A stretch of DNA of 64,000 bases from Chloroflexota bacterium (lineage in GTDB: Bacteria > Chloroflexota > Dehalococcoidia > UBA2247 > RBG-13-53-26), in NCBI GenBank assembly GCA_016875915.1, contig VGOM01000003.1, forward strand, positions 66,716 through 130,715, read 5' to 3'. Both the position numbers and the translations under genes were made by a program. This document shows positions 52,375-60,385 of the stretch, one piece after another. The notes below the pieces were generated by a model. The model ran no database searches. It was not told the origin of the DNA and saw nothing but the letters and a program-made list of their open reading frames with translations. Each line of letters starts with the position of its first letter. The first letter of the stretch is position 1.

Positions 52375-54378
52375 ATGAGAACACTCACCAAGCTCTTCCA
52401 GCCCATCAGGATCGCCGATGTTCGGGTCAAGAACCGCATCGTCATGTCCCCCATGGGACTGGGCCGGGCCACCGTGGACGGCTACGTCACCGACGGCATG
52501 GTCGACTTCTACATCGAGAGGGCCAGGGGTGGGGCCGGACTGATCTACGTTGTCTGCGGCTACAACGACTTCTGCGTCTACCTGCCCACCATCCCCGCCC
52601 TGGAGGACGACAAGTTCCTTCCCGGACTCAGGAGGCTCACCGGCGCCATGCACGAGCACGGCGCCAAGGTCTTCGCCCAGCTGATGAGCATGGGTTCATC
52701 CAGCTTCGGCATGCCCGGTGGCATCCCCCAGCCGGCGCCCTCGGCCATCCTCAACACCCTCACCAAGTGCATGCCCCGGGAGATAACCACCGCCGAGGTC
52801 AGGCTGCTCGTCGAGCATTTCGCTGAAGGTGCCTGGCGCGCCAAGGAGGGCGGCTTCGACGGCGTGGAGCTCTGCGGCAACGGCGGCTACATCATGAACC
52901 AGTTCCTCTCCCCGCTGACCAACCAGCGCACCGACGAGTACGGCGGGGATTTCGAGAGGCGGACGAGGTTCCCCATCGAGGTCGTCCGGGCCATCAGGAC
53001 CAGGGTCGGACCGGGCTACCCCATCTCCTACCGGGCCTCCGGCGATGACTTCATGGAGGGCGGCAACCGCCGCGAGGAGGTCAAGGCCGTGGTCAGGGCC
53101 CTGGAGAAGGCCGGCATCGACCTCATCAACGTCACCGCCGGCTGGCACCAGTCCTTCCTGCCCCTGGCCTCCATGGACGTCCCCCGCGGCACCTACGTCT
53201 ATCTGGCCCACGGCATCAAGCAGGAGGTCGGCCTCCCCGTCATCGCCTGCAACCGCATCAACAACCCCTTCCTGGCCGAGCAGATCCTGGTTAACGGCCA
53301 GGCGGACATGATCGGCATGGGCCGCCCCTTCCTCACCGACCCCGAATGGCCGAAGAAGGCCGCCGAGGGACGCTACGACGAGATCCGCCAGTGCACCGCC
53401 TGCGACCAGCGCTGCCTCGATGCCGTCTTCTCCCTCAAGGAGATCACATGCACCTTCAACCCCGCCGCCGGCAGGGAGAAGCAGTACGCCCTCATCCCCG
53501 CCCCGAAGATGCGCAAGGTCCTGGTCATCGGCGGCGGTCCCGCCGGCATGGAGGCCGCCCGCACCCTGGCCCAGCGGGGCCACCGGGTCACCCTGTACGA
53601 GAAGTCCCACAGGCTCGGCGGCCAGTTCAACCTGGCCGCGGTGCCCCCCGGCCGGGGCGAGTTCGCCTCCGCCGTGGACTTCATGGCCCGGGAGCTCTAC
53701 CGGGTCGGCGTCAGGGTGGAGCTGGGCCATGAGGCCAGCGCGGATACAGTCAAGAAGCACCGGCCCGACGCCGTGATCATCGCCACCGGCGCCACCCCCC
53801 TGCACCCCGACATCCCCGGTATAGACGGCGGCAACGTCTTCGGCGCCTGGGAGGTACTGGAGCGCAAAGCCGCTCTGGGCAAGCGGGTGGTCGTCATCGG
53901 TGGCGGGGCGGTGGGCATGGAGACAGCCCTGTTCATCGCCCGCCAGGGCCCCCTGTCCGCTGAATCGGCCGTGTTCCTTGCCCTGGGCGAAGGACTGGAT
54001 GCCCAGGCCGCCGTCCAGTTGCTCCGCAGTGGCCCCGAGGTCACCATACTGGAGATGCTCGACCGCATCGGCCAGGATATGGGGCCGACCACCCGGTCCT
54101 CCATCAGGTTCGCCTTGCGCCAGCACGGGGTGAAGGTCATCACCCGGGCCAAGGCCCGCCGCATCACTCAGGCCGGCGTCATCTACCAGCTCGGCGGCAA
54201 AGAGGCTCTGGCCGAGGCGGACGCCGTGGTCATCGCTATGGGCGCTAGGCCGGAGAACCGCCTCTTCGAAGCCCTTCAGGGCCTGGTCCCCGAGGTCTAC
54301 AGCATCGGCGACTGCGTCAAGGCCCGGACCGCCTGTGAAGCCATCGAAGAAGGCGCCCTCATCGCCCGCCAGATCTAG
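52375..54378 (+). CDS. Old-Yellow-Enzyme-family FMN oxidoreductase fused to FAD/NAD(P)-binding domain (2,4-dienoyl-CoA reductase/enoate reductase-like)
   Basis: N-terminal OYE TIM barrel (RIVMSPMG); CxxC...C [4Fe-4S] linker (CTACDQRC); GGGPAG and GGGAVG Rossmann motifs; 667 aa. Confidence 0.85.
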   Translation: MRTLTKLFQPIRIADVRVKNRIVMSPMGLGRATVDGYVTDGMVDFYIERARGGAGLIYVVCGYNDFCVYLPTIPALEDDKFLPGLRRLTGAMHEHGAKVFAQLMSMGSSSFGMPGGIPQPAPSAILNTLTKCMPREITTAEVRLLVEHFAEGAWRAKEGGFDGVELCGNGGYIMNQFLSPLTNQRTDEYGGDFERRTRFPIEVVRAIRTRVGPGYPISYRASGDDFMEGGNRREEVKAVVRALEKAGIDLINVTAGWHQSFLPLASMDVPRGTYVYLAHGIKQEVGLPVIACNRINNPFLAEQILVNGQADMIGMGRPFLTDPEWPKKAAEGRYDEIRQCTACDQRCLDAVFSLKEITCTFNPAAGREKQYALIPAPKMRKVLVIGGGPAGMEAARTLAQRGHRVTLYEKSHRLGGQFNLAAVPPGRGEFASAVDFMARELYRVGVRVELGHEASADTVKKHRPDAVIIATGATPLHPDIPGIDGGNVFGAWEVLERKAALGKRVVVIGGGAVGMETALFIARQGPLSAESAVFLALGEGLDAQAAVQLLRSGPEVTILEMLDRIGQDMGPTTRSSIRFALRQHGVKVITRAKARRITQAGVIYQLGGKEALAEADAVVIAMGARPENRLFEALQGLVPEVYSIGDCVKARTACEAIEEGALIARQI

Positions 54379-54395
54379 CGCCTTGCATGCCGGCA

Positions 54396-54455
54396 GGTCC
54401 GCCTCTGGCGGATCATCCCTCACTTGATGCGGCATCCAGGGGGTGGCGGCGTCCC
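54396..54455. repeat. REP-like hairpin repeat copy
   Basis: GGATCATCCCTCACTTGATGCGGCATCCAGGGGGTGG. Confidence 0.8.
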
Positions 54456-54622
54456 TTCATGTCCACCACGACATAGGCCCACCCGCACGTAGCATTTGAC
54501 AACTGAATCTCATTCTGCTATCTTCCACTCACCCATCGCAGCCGATCCATGCAGGTTGTGACTGCTCACTGAGGGGATCGGGTTCGTGATAGAATCGGGA
54601 TTCTGAGGGGAGGGAACACACC

Positions 54623-55522
54623 ATGAGACTCAGACTGATCTTGTTGGCCATTCTGGTTGCCTCATTCATCGCGCCTCTCGTCCCGGCAGGGCCTGCCGGC
54701 GATGTGCGTGGTGCGGACAGTGGGGCATGCAGGGCGTACATCCGCAACGTGGACGTGAGTTCGTACAACACCCCCGACCACGCGTTTCCAGTGGACTACC
54801 TCGAGACTGTAACCGTCAGAGTCGTCTCTCCCCTGCCTTTCATCAGCCACAAGGTGGATATGGCCTTCATGGACCTCTTCTCCTGGACCGTTTCGGAAGA
54901 AACGGATACCGGCACTGAGACCTCCTATGAGACGCCGGTTGATGTGGCAGACTACGCCGACTACGGGATCGGACTCTACAAGGTGACCGCGAGGGGAGTG
55001 CTGCAGGACGGGCGCACGTGTTCGGCCGTGGTCTTCATCGTGGTTGGAGGCACAACGCCGGTGAGCACCGTCGCGGGGATAGTTGCGCTTGTCCTGGCTG
55101 TCGGCGGAGCACTTGGTCTCCTGATACTGCTGATACTCATATTCATGGGCATTCTGGGTTCATCCTCGTTGGTCGGCTGCCTGGGCGTCTTGCCGTTTGC
55201 TGCACTGCTCATACCGTTGGCCATGGTCACAGGCGGCGGCCAGAGCTCAGGATCTGGCCAAACGACTGGATCGGGGGGCGCGCCGCAAGCACCTGCCGGT
55301 AGCCCGGACGCCTCCGGAGGCGGCGTGAAGTTCCGCCTGAAGATATCATTGCTCGCCATCGGCTGCGCGCTGTTGTCAACCATAGGGTTCGTTGTGCTGT
55401 TCCAGCAGATGGGTTCGGTGTACCCGACCATTACGGTCGTGGTGCTGTCGCTTGTGCTGGGGCTGGTCGCTGGTATTCTACTGCCAACACTGGCAGCGAC
55501 ATTCGCTCGTCGTCGGAAATAA
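54623..55522 (+). CDS. hypothetical membrane protein with N-terminal signal peptide and extracytoplasmic domain
   Basis: Signal peptide; ~150-aa soluble domain, then 4-5 TM helices and a Gly/Ser linker. Confidence 0.5.
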   Translation: MRLRLILLAILVASFIAPLVPAGPAGDVRGADSGACRAYIRNVDVSSYNTPDHAFPVDYLETVTVRVVSPLPFISHKVDMAFMDLFSWTVSEETDTGTETSYETPVDVADYADYGIGLYKVTARGVLQDGRTCSAVVFIVVGGTTPVSTVAGIVALVLAVGGALGLLILLILIFMGILGSSSLVGCLGVLPFAALLIPLAMVTGGGQSSGSGQTTGSGGAPQAPAGSPDASGGGVKFRLKISLLAIGCALLSTIGFVVLFQQMGSVYPTITVVVLSLVLGLVAGILLPTLAATFARRRK

Positions 55523-55628
55523 GCGCAGGGGGTGGGCAGCAATGCCCACCCCCTCCTCTTTCCCTGGCCCCTCCGCCCGGAGGCCACAGGGCGTCCGTTT
55601 CATGCCCCCCATTGATTCAGACCGAAAG

Positions 55629-56297
55629 CTACGGTGCTTTCAGAACCATGAAGGAGAAGGAGTTCTGGATCTTGGATCCGCATTCATCGTAGATCTGCAC
55701 GGACAGCCGGCCTCCCGTGCTCCCGTAGCCTGCACCACGTGCGGCACTGAATGTGGGAGTGATTATCGTCACGAAGCTATTGCACTCGTATGAGATGCCA
55801 GATAGCGCAATCAGATAGCGGCAATGGTTGCTGTCCCAGGCGCAACTGTCGACGTTGAACCCATAGTCGATGGCTCCGCTTTCACCTATAGCGCCCATGG
55901 CAACTATCATGTTTGGCCCGGGCTCTCCCTGGGTACCCTGCACTCCCTGGTCGCCCGTGTCACCCTTCGCTCCCTGCGGACCTTGTTCCCCCTGAACCCC
56001 CTGCATGCCTTGAGGACCCTGCTCTCCGATCTCGCCCTTGACGCCTTGAACACCCTGCATTCCCTGTTCGCCCTGGGCTCCTTGTGGTCCCGGCGAACCC
56101 ATCATGCTGCCTGTCCTGTACATGCCACCATCGGTCAGATTGATGGTAATGGTGCCGTCGGCGTTGCTCACCACGCTCTCAATCCCAACCCCTGGTGGCC
56201 CCTGTTTGCCCCTGGCCCCCGCACAAGCACTGCCTACAGTTGCGCCAGCGACCAGCAGTAGTACCACCCCGACAGTCACGAGCTTGAAGAAACGCAT
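55629..56297 (-). CDS. secreted collagen-like triple-helix repeat protein
   Basis: Signal/anchor MRFFKLVTVGVVLLLVAGATVGSACA; about 25 G-x-y triplets, then a ~90-aa Cys-containing C-terminal domain. Confidence 0.7.
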   Translation of the reverse strand: MRFFKLVTVGVVLLLVAGATVGSACAGARGKQGPPGVGIESVVSNADGTITINLTDGGMYRTGSMMGSPGPQGAQGEQGMQGVQGVKGEIGEQGPQGMQGVQGEQGPQGAKGDTGDQGVQGTQGEPGPNMIVAMGAIGESGAIDYGFNVDSCAWDSNHCRYLIALSGISYECNSFVTIITPTFSAARGAGYGSTGGRLSVQIYDECGSKIQNSFSFMVLKAP

Positions 56298-56436
56298 CTT
56301 CCCCCTCCTTGCCTAGATACTGCGGCTAGGATTCTAAAGAAACGATGGAGGGCGGGTCAAGGAAGGCCAGAAGAGAAGGAGCGCATTGCCTCTCACCTTC
56401 CTGAGGCGCCCGCCGGGCGCCCAGAGGCTTCTATCA

Positions 56437-56712
56437 TCACAAGTGGTGGAAGAAGATGAGCAGGGCGTCGCCCTCATTGAGCGGTCCGTCGCGCTCGTCG
56501 TCCGGCAGCCTCTCTCCGTTGCTGAAGAACCATATCTGCGGGCGGATCATCCCCGCTTCGTCGTAGGCCCAGCGCTTCATCGAAGGGAACCTCTCCGCCG
56601 TGGCCCGGAGGCACTCAGTGGCGCTGCACGCCTCTACCTCGAATGCTTCCAGATCGCTGCTCAACTGGCTCAGATGGCGCAGCAGCCGCGATATGGTCAC
56701 CCTGATCTTCAT
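56437..56712 (-). CDS. MoaD/ThiS-like beta-grasp protein lacking the C-terminal Gly-Gly
   Basis: Alignable to the MoaD pattern (MKIRVTISRLL...GDALLIFFHHL versus ...GDEVAIIPPVSGG); sits downstream of acr3. Confidence 0.4.
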   Translation of the reverse strand: MKIRVTISRLLRHLSQLSSDLEAFEVEACSATECLRATAERFPSMKRWAYDEAGMIRPQIWFFSNGERLPDDERDGPLNEGDALLIFFHHL

Positions 56713-56737
56713 CGGCTTCTCATCCGACGCCCCCGCG

Positions 56738-57835
56738 CTACCCGTGGGAGGCCGCCGCCCGACCTGGTTCCCCGCCGAAGTACCGCCGCTTGAAGTAGAG
56801 CGACACATTCACCAGGCTGATCAGCACCGGCACCTCCACCAGCGGCCCGATCACCGCTGCAAACGCCACTCCCGAGCCGATGCCGAACACCGCCACCGCC
56901 ACCGCGATAGCCAGTTCGAAGTTGTTGCTGGCGGCTGTGAAAGCGATGGTGGCTGTCTTCGAGTAGTCGGCCCCAACCCTCTTGCCCATGTAGAATGAGA
57001 CCAAGAACATCGCCACGAAGTAGATCAGCAGCGGGATGGCGATGCGCACCACGTCCAGAGGCTGATCCACTATCTCTTCCCCTCTGAGTGAGAACATCAC
57101 CACAATGGTGAAAAGCAGAGCGACAAGGGTCATCGGGCTGATGTTCGGGATGAACCTGCTTTCGTACCACTGCCGCCTCTTCGCTCTGAGCAAGGCAAAG
57201 CGGGTGAGCATCCCGCCAAAGAAGGGGATGCCCAGGTAGATAGCCACACTCCGGGCGATCTCTGCCATGGTCACCTCCACTGACGCCCCCTCCAGGCCGA
57301 ATTTGGGCGGCAGAACGGTGACGAACACGTAGGCGTACACGGAGTAGAACAGTATCTGGAAGATGGAGTTGAAGGCCACCAGACCGGCTGCATACTCCGT
57401 ATTCCCCTTGGCCAGCTCGTTCCACACGATGACCATGGCGATGCAGCGGGCCAGGCCCATCATGATCAGTCCCACCATGTAGTCCGGGTAGTCCCAGAGC
57501 ACCCCCAGGAACAGTATCGCCAGGAAGAACATCAGCACCGGGCCGATGACCCAGTTCTGCACTAGTGAGAGCCCCAGCACCCGCCAGTTGCGGAACACCC
57601 GGCCCAGCTCCTCGTACCTCACCTTCGCCAGAGGTGGATACATCATCAGGATCAGCCCGATGGCGATGGGTATTGAGGTGGTGCCCACCTGGAAGCGGGT
57701 GATGGTGTCGGCCACCTCGGGAACGAAGTTGCCCAGCCCCACTCCCAGCGCCATGGCCAGGAATATCCACAGCGTCAGGAAGCGGTCGAGCAGAGAGAGC
57801 CGGCCCATTCGGGTTCCCGGTTTGGTGTTGCTCAT
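56738..57835 (-). CDS. acr3: ACR3-family arsenite efflux permease
   Basis: Polytopic; [10 protein letters not shown] and MMYPPLAKV motifs typical of the ACR3/ArsB(Acr3) family. Confidence 0.85.
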   Translation of the reverse strand: MSNTKPGTRMGRLSLLDRFLTLWIFLAMALGVGLGNFVPEVADTITRFQVGTTSIPIAIGLILMMYPPLAKVRYEELGRVFRNWRVLGLSLVQNWVIGPVLMFFLAILFLGVLWDYPDYMVGLIMMGLARCIAMVIVWNELAKGNTEYAAGLVAFNSIFQILFYSVYAYVFVTVLPPKFGLEGASVEVTMAEIARSVAIYLGIPFFGGMLTRFALLRAKRRQWYESRFIPNISPMTLVALLFTIVVMFSLRGEEIVDQPLDVVRIAIPLLIYFVAMFLVSFYMGKRVGADYSKTATIAFTAASNNFELAIAVAVAVFGIGSGVAFAAVIGPLVEVPVLISLVNVSLYFKRRYFGGEPGRAAASHG

Positions 57836-57941
57836 CCCCCGGTTCGCAGCCACTCCATTCCAGCGACCTGTCTGGGACGTTCTATCTTGCTTCTCCCCCG
57901 ATGCCCCTGATTGGCTGATCTCCACTCAACTTCAGCAATCA

Positions 57942-58781
57942 TCACCCCAGCAGCTTGGCCAGCGCCTGGCGGTCGGCAGCGGCCTCAGGCTCACCCAGCG
58001 GCGGGCACTCCTCAAGGCGGGCCTTCCCCTTGGCCAGATCTATGGCGAAGGCCAGACAGGTCTTCCGGCCACACTCGCGGCAGTTGGTCTGCGGCAGGAA
58101 TTTGTTCATGGCCAGGCCCATGCCCATCTTCGACTTGCCCGGCTCGATGGCATGCTGCGGTTTGTGCTCCTGCAACACTGACGCGATCTTGTGGAACAGC
58201 GCCGGCTCCGGATACGCCCCCATGTCATGCACTGTGTAGCCCCTGAACACCACCGGATTCTCCTGGAAACAGCTCCAGACGGCCTTCTCTACTACCTTGG
58301 GGTCAAGCCCGGGTGACTTGGTATCGGTCTCTCCCGGGCGGCACAGCAGGCTGACGATGGTCACTATCTGCTTGTTGAATCTCTCGATCACCTCCACAGG
58401 GATGTTGTGCAGATATGGAGTCGGCGCTGTCGATCCGATGACCTGCTTCTTGTCATCAACACCGTTCCTCTTCAATGCCAGCAGCGTTTCCCCCGGCAGA
58501 TGCCCGGAGGACTCCCTGCCGCAGAGCACCAGATACCGGATATTGGGGTTGGCCACGATGTTGCATAGCATCTTCTCCGTGCCCACGTTCTCCGTCTGCA
58601 GCATGCCCGACAGCGCCGCCCCGGCGTCCATCCCTGCCAGAACCAGCGACTGCAGCTCGGGGGGAATCTTGAAGTCGAAATCGTCCAGGATCACGCAGAC
58701 TGCTACCGGGGAGAAGTCATTGCCCCTGACATAGCGCCCCGGCTCAGGAGGATAGCCCTCTGGCGGCTTCACTTTCAGCAT
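57942..58781 (-). CDS. MtrA-like corrinoid-binding domain fused to a CFeSP-type N-terminal [4Fe-4S] domain
   Basis: Blocks close to methanogen MtrA (PVAVCVIL, QTENVGTEKMLCNIVANPNIRYLVLCGRESSGH, NGVD, HNIPVEVIERF). C-terminal CRECGRKTCLAFAIDLAKGKARLEECP resembles the N-terminus of CdhE at 10405..11772. GGAGG RBS. Confidence 0.75.
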   Translation of the reverse strand: MLKVKPPEGYPPEPGRYVRGNDFSPVAVCVILDDFDFKIPPELQSLVLAGMDAGAALSGMLQTENVGTEKMLCNIVANPNIRYLVLCGRESSGHLPGETLLALKRNGVDDKKQVIGSTAPTPYLHNIPVEVIERFNKQIVTIVSLLCRPGETDTKSPGLDPKVVEKAVWSCFQENPVVFRGYTVHDMGAYPEPALFHKIASVLQEHKPQHAIEPGKSKMGMGLAMNKFLPQTNCRECGRKTCLAFAIDLAKGKARLEECPPLGEPEAAADRQALAKLLG

Positions 58782-58906
58782 CACGACTCGCCTCCAATTA
58801 TCAGGTATGGATACCCCCCTTGACAAAGCCCGGTGGTCGTAATATGATATGTCTCGATATATCGAGATATTACCCGATATAGTTCAAACCAGCAAGGGAG
58901 TTGGGC

Positions 58907-59404
58907 ATGTTCAGAACACACAGAATGTTCCACGACCACTGGCAGGAAAGCCCGTTTCAACGAGGAGACCTGAAGTACGTCATACTGGATCTGATAAAGG
59001 ACAAACCCCGTCATGGGTACGAGATCATACAAATCCTGGAGGAACGCTCTCACGGCTTCTACAAGCCCAGCCCCGGCGCCATCTACCCCACACTTCAACT
59101 CCTGGAAGAGATGGGCCACATTGAGGTCACTCATCAGAACGGTAAGAAGGTCTACACCATAACCGATGAGGGCAGACGCTTCTTGTCTGACCGTGAGCAC
59201 TTCGCAGACGGCATCAAGAGACAGATGAGGGATTGCTGGGGCAAAGGCAATGCTTCAGAGATGCGGGAGACCATGGCCGAGATAGGCAGGATCGGCAGGA
59301 TCGTTGGCAGGCGTTTTCGCAACTTGGACGCCGACAAGATGAACCGCATTCGCGAGGCCATCTCCAGGGCCCGCAAAGACATCGAGGCCATACTCGAGGA
59401 CTAG
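58907..59404 (+). CDS. PadR-family transcriptional regulator
   Basis: Winged HTH motif YVILDLIKDKPRHGYEIIQILEE...GAIYPTLQLLEEMG; divergent from the mtrA-like/acr3 operon. Confidence 0.75.
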   Translation: MFRTHRMFHDHWQESPFQRGDLKYVILDLIKDKPRHGYEIIQILEERSHGFYKPSPGAIYPTLQLLEEMGHIEVTHQNGKKVYTITDEGRRFLSDREHFADGIKRQMRDCWGKGNASEMRETMAEIGRIGRIVGRRFRNLDADKMNRIREAISRARKDIEAILED

Positions 59405-59420
59405 AAGGGAGGGAAACGGA

Positions 59421-59897
59421 ATGAGCGACATGAGTGACATGATGAAGGCCATGTTGGGCAGCATGAGCAAAGAGGAGAAGCTGGGGATGATGAGTACCAT
59501 GATGGAGACCTTCTTCGCCGGCGTGTCGGTCCAGGATAGACAGAAGATGATGGAGCAGATGATGCCGAAGATGATGGAAGGGGTCAACATGATGGAGATG
59601 ATGCCCAGGATGATGATGGGCATGATGCCAGCTATGATGGGCAGAAGCGAAGGCAGGGAAGGGATGACCCCGGTGATGGGCGGCTGTCACGGAGAGGGTA
59701 TGGGTATGATGCCGCAGATGATGGTCCAGATGATGCCGAACTGCGTCAAGATGATGCTTCCCGGTATGCCCAAGGAAGAGCGTATGGACTTTGTCTCCAA
59801 TATGGTCGCCACCCTGGTGGAGCAGGGCTCGGCCGGAATGTCGGAGGAAGAGAAGAGCGAGTTCGTGGCCAGGATACTGGAGAAGGTAACCTCCTGA
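59421..59897 (+). CDS. methionine-rich protein (~40 of 158 residues Met; MMP/MMxxMM repeats; one Cys-His pair)
   Basis: Strong GGGAGGG RBS 16 nt after the padR stop; GC3-rich codons on this strand, while the antisense His-rich ORF has T-rich third positions. Confidence 0.6.
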   Translation: MSDMSDMMKAMLGSMSKEEKLGMMSTMMETFFAGVSVQDRQKMMEQMMPKMMEGVNMMEMMPRMMMGMMPAMMGRSEGREGMTPVMGGCHGEGMGMMPQMMVQMMPNCVKMMLPGMPKEERMDFVSNMVATLVEQGSAGMSEEEKSEFVARILEKVTS

Positions 59898-60104
59898 AGC
59901 CCGCCGGGCTCCTTCTGTCGTCACCGCAGACCTGAACCACGTCCTGCATCCCCGTCCGCGGTTGCACCCCGTCCGGAGTCATCGCTGCTGCTCCCGCTTG
60001 ACCCACCTCATCAAGCCACGAGACCCCGCGGCGCAACCGCCCTGCGCAACCCCGGCCCCCAATCGTCTCCTCTCCACCACTTTGCCCCGCCCAAAGGGTT
60101 CGGT

Positions 60105-60134
60105 TTTACAGGGTCATCCGGAAAACTATATAAT
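60105..60134 (+). promoter_or_regulatory. sigma70-like promoter (TTTACA -35, 18-nt spacer, TATAAT -10) embedded in a CCGGAAA...TTTCGG inverted repeat
   Basis: An AT-rich island in GC-rich DNA 250 nt upstream of the HMGCS-like gene; an inverted repeat brackets the -10. Confidence 0.5.
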
Positions 60135-60385
60135 TACTTTCGGTAATGGCGACTCAGGTCACTGCAAAGCGGCTTCCCCCACGTGTCATCCTAGCCAGCC
60201 GTTTGCAGTCGGCCCCATCCCTTCTCCAGCTTCTGACTGAGCCCCGTTTCGTTCGCCATCGGACTGCCCCTGCGTGTAGGCGGTGGTCCGCCTAGTCCGT
60301 GCCTGCCGGGGCCCATGTCGCCCGGTGGCATGACTCTACATCGGAGAATGAGAACAGATCTAGACTAAGGAGGTAAAGAGGGAAA

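Noticed and set aside
59214-59924. 236-aa His-rich ORF antisense to the Met-rich gene
   Set aside because: It is the mirror image of the ATG-rich strand (CAT = His). It has T-rich third codon positions in a GC3-rich genome and no RBS. The sense Met-rich ORF has a strong RBS and GC3 bias.
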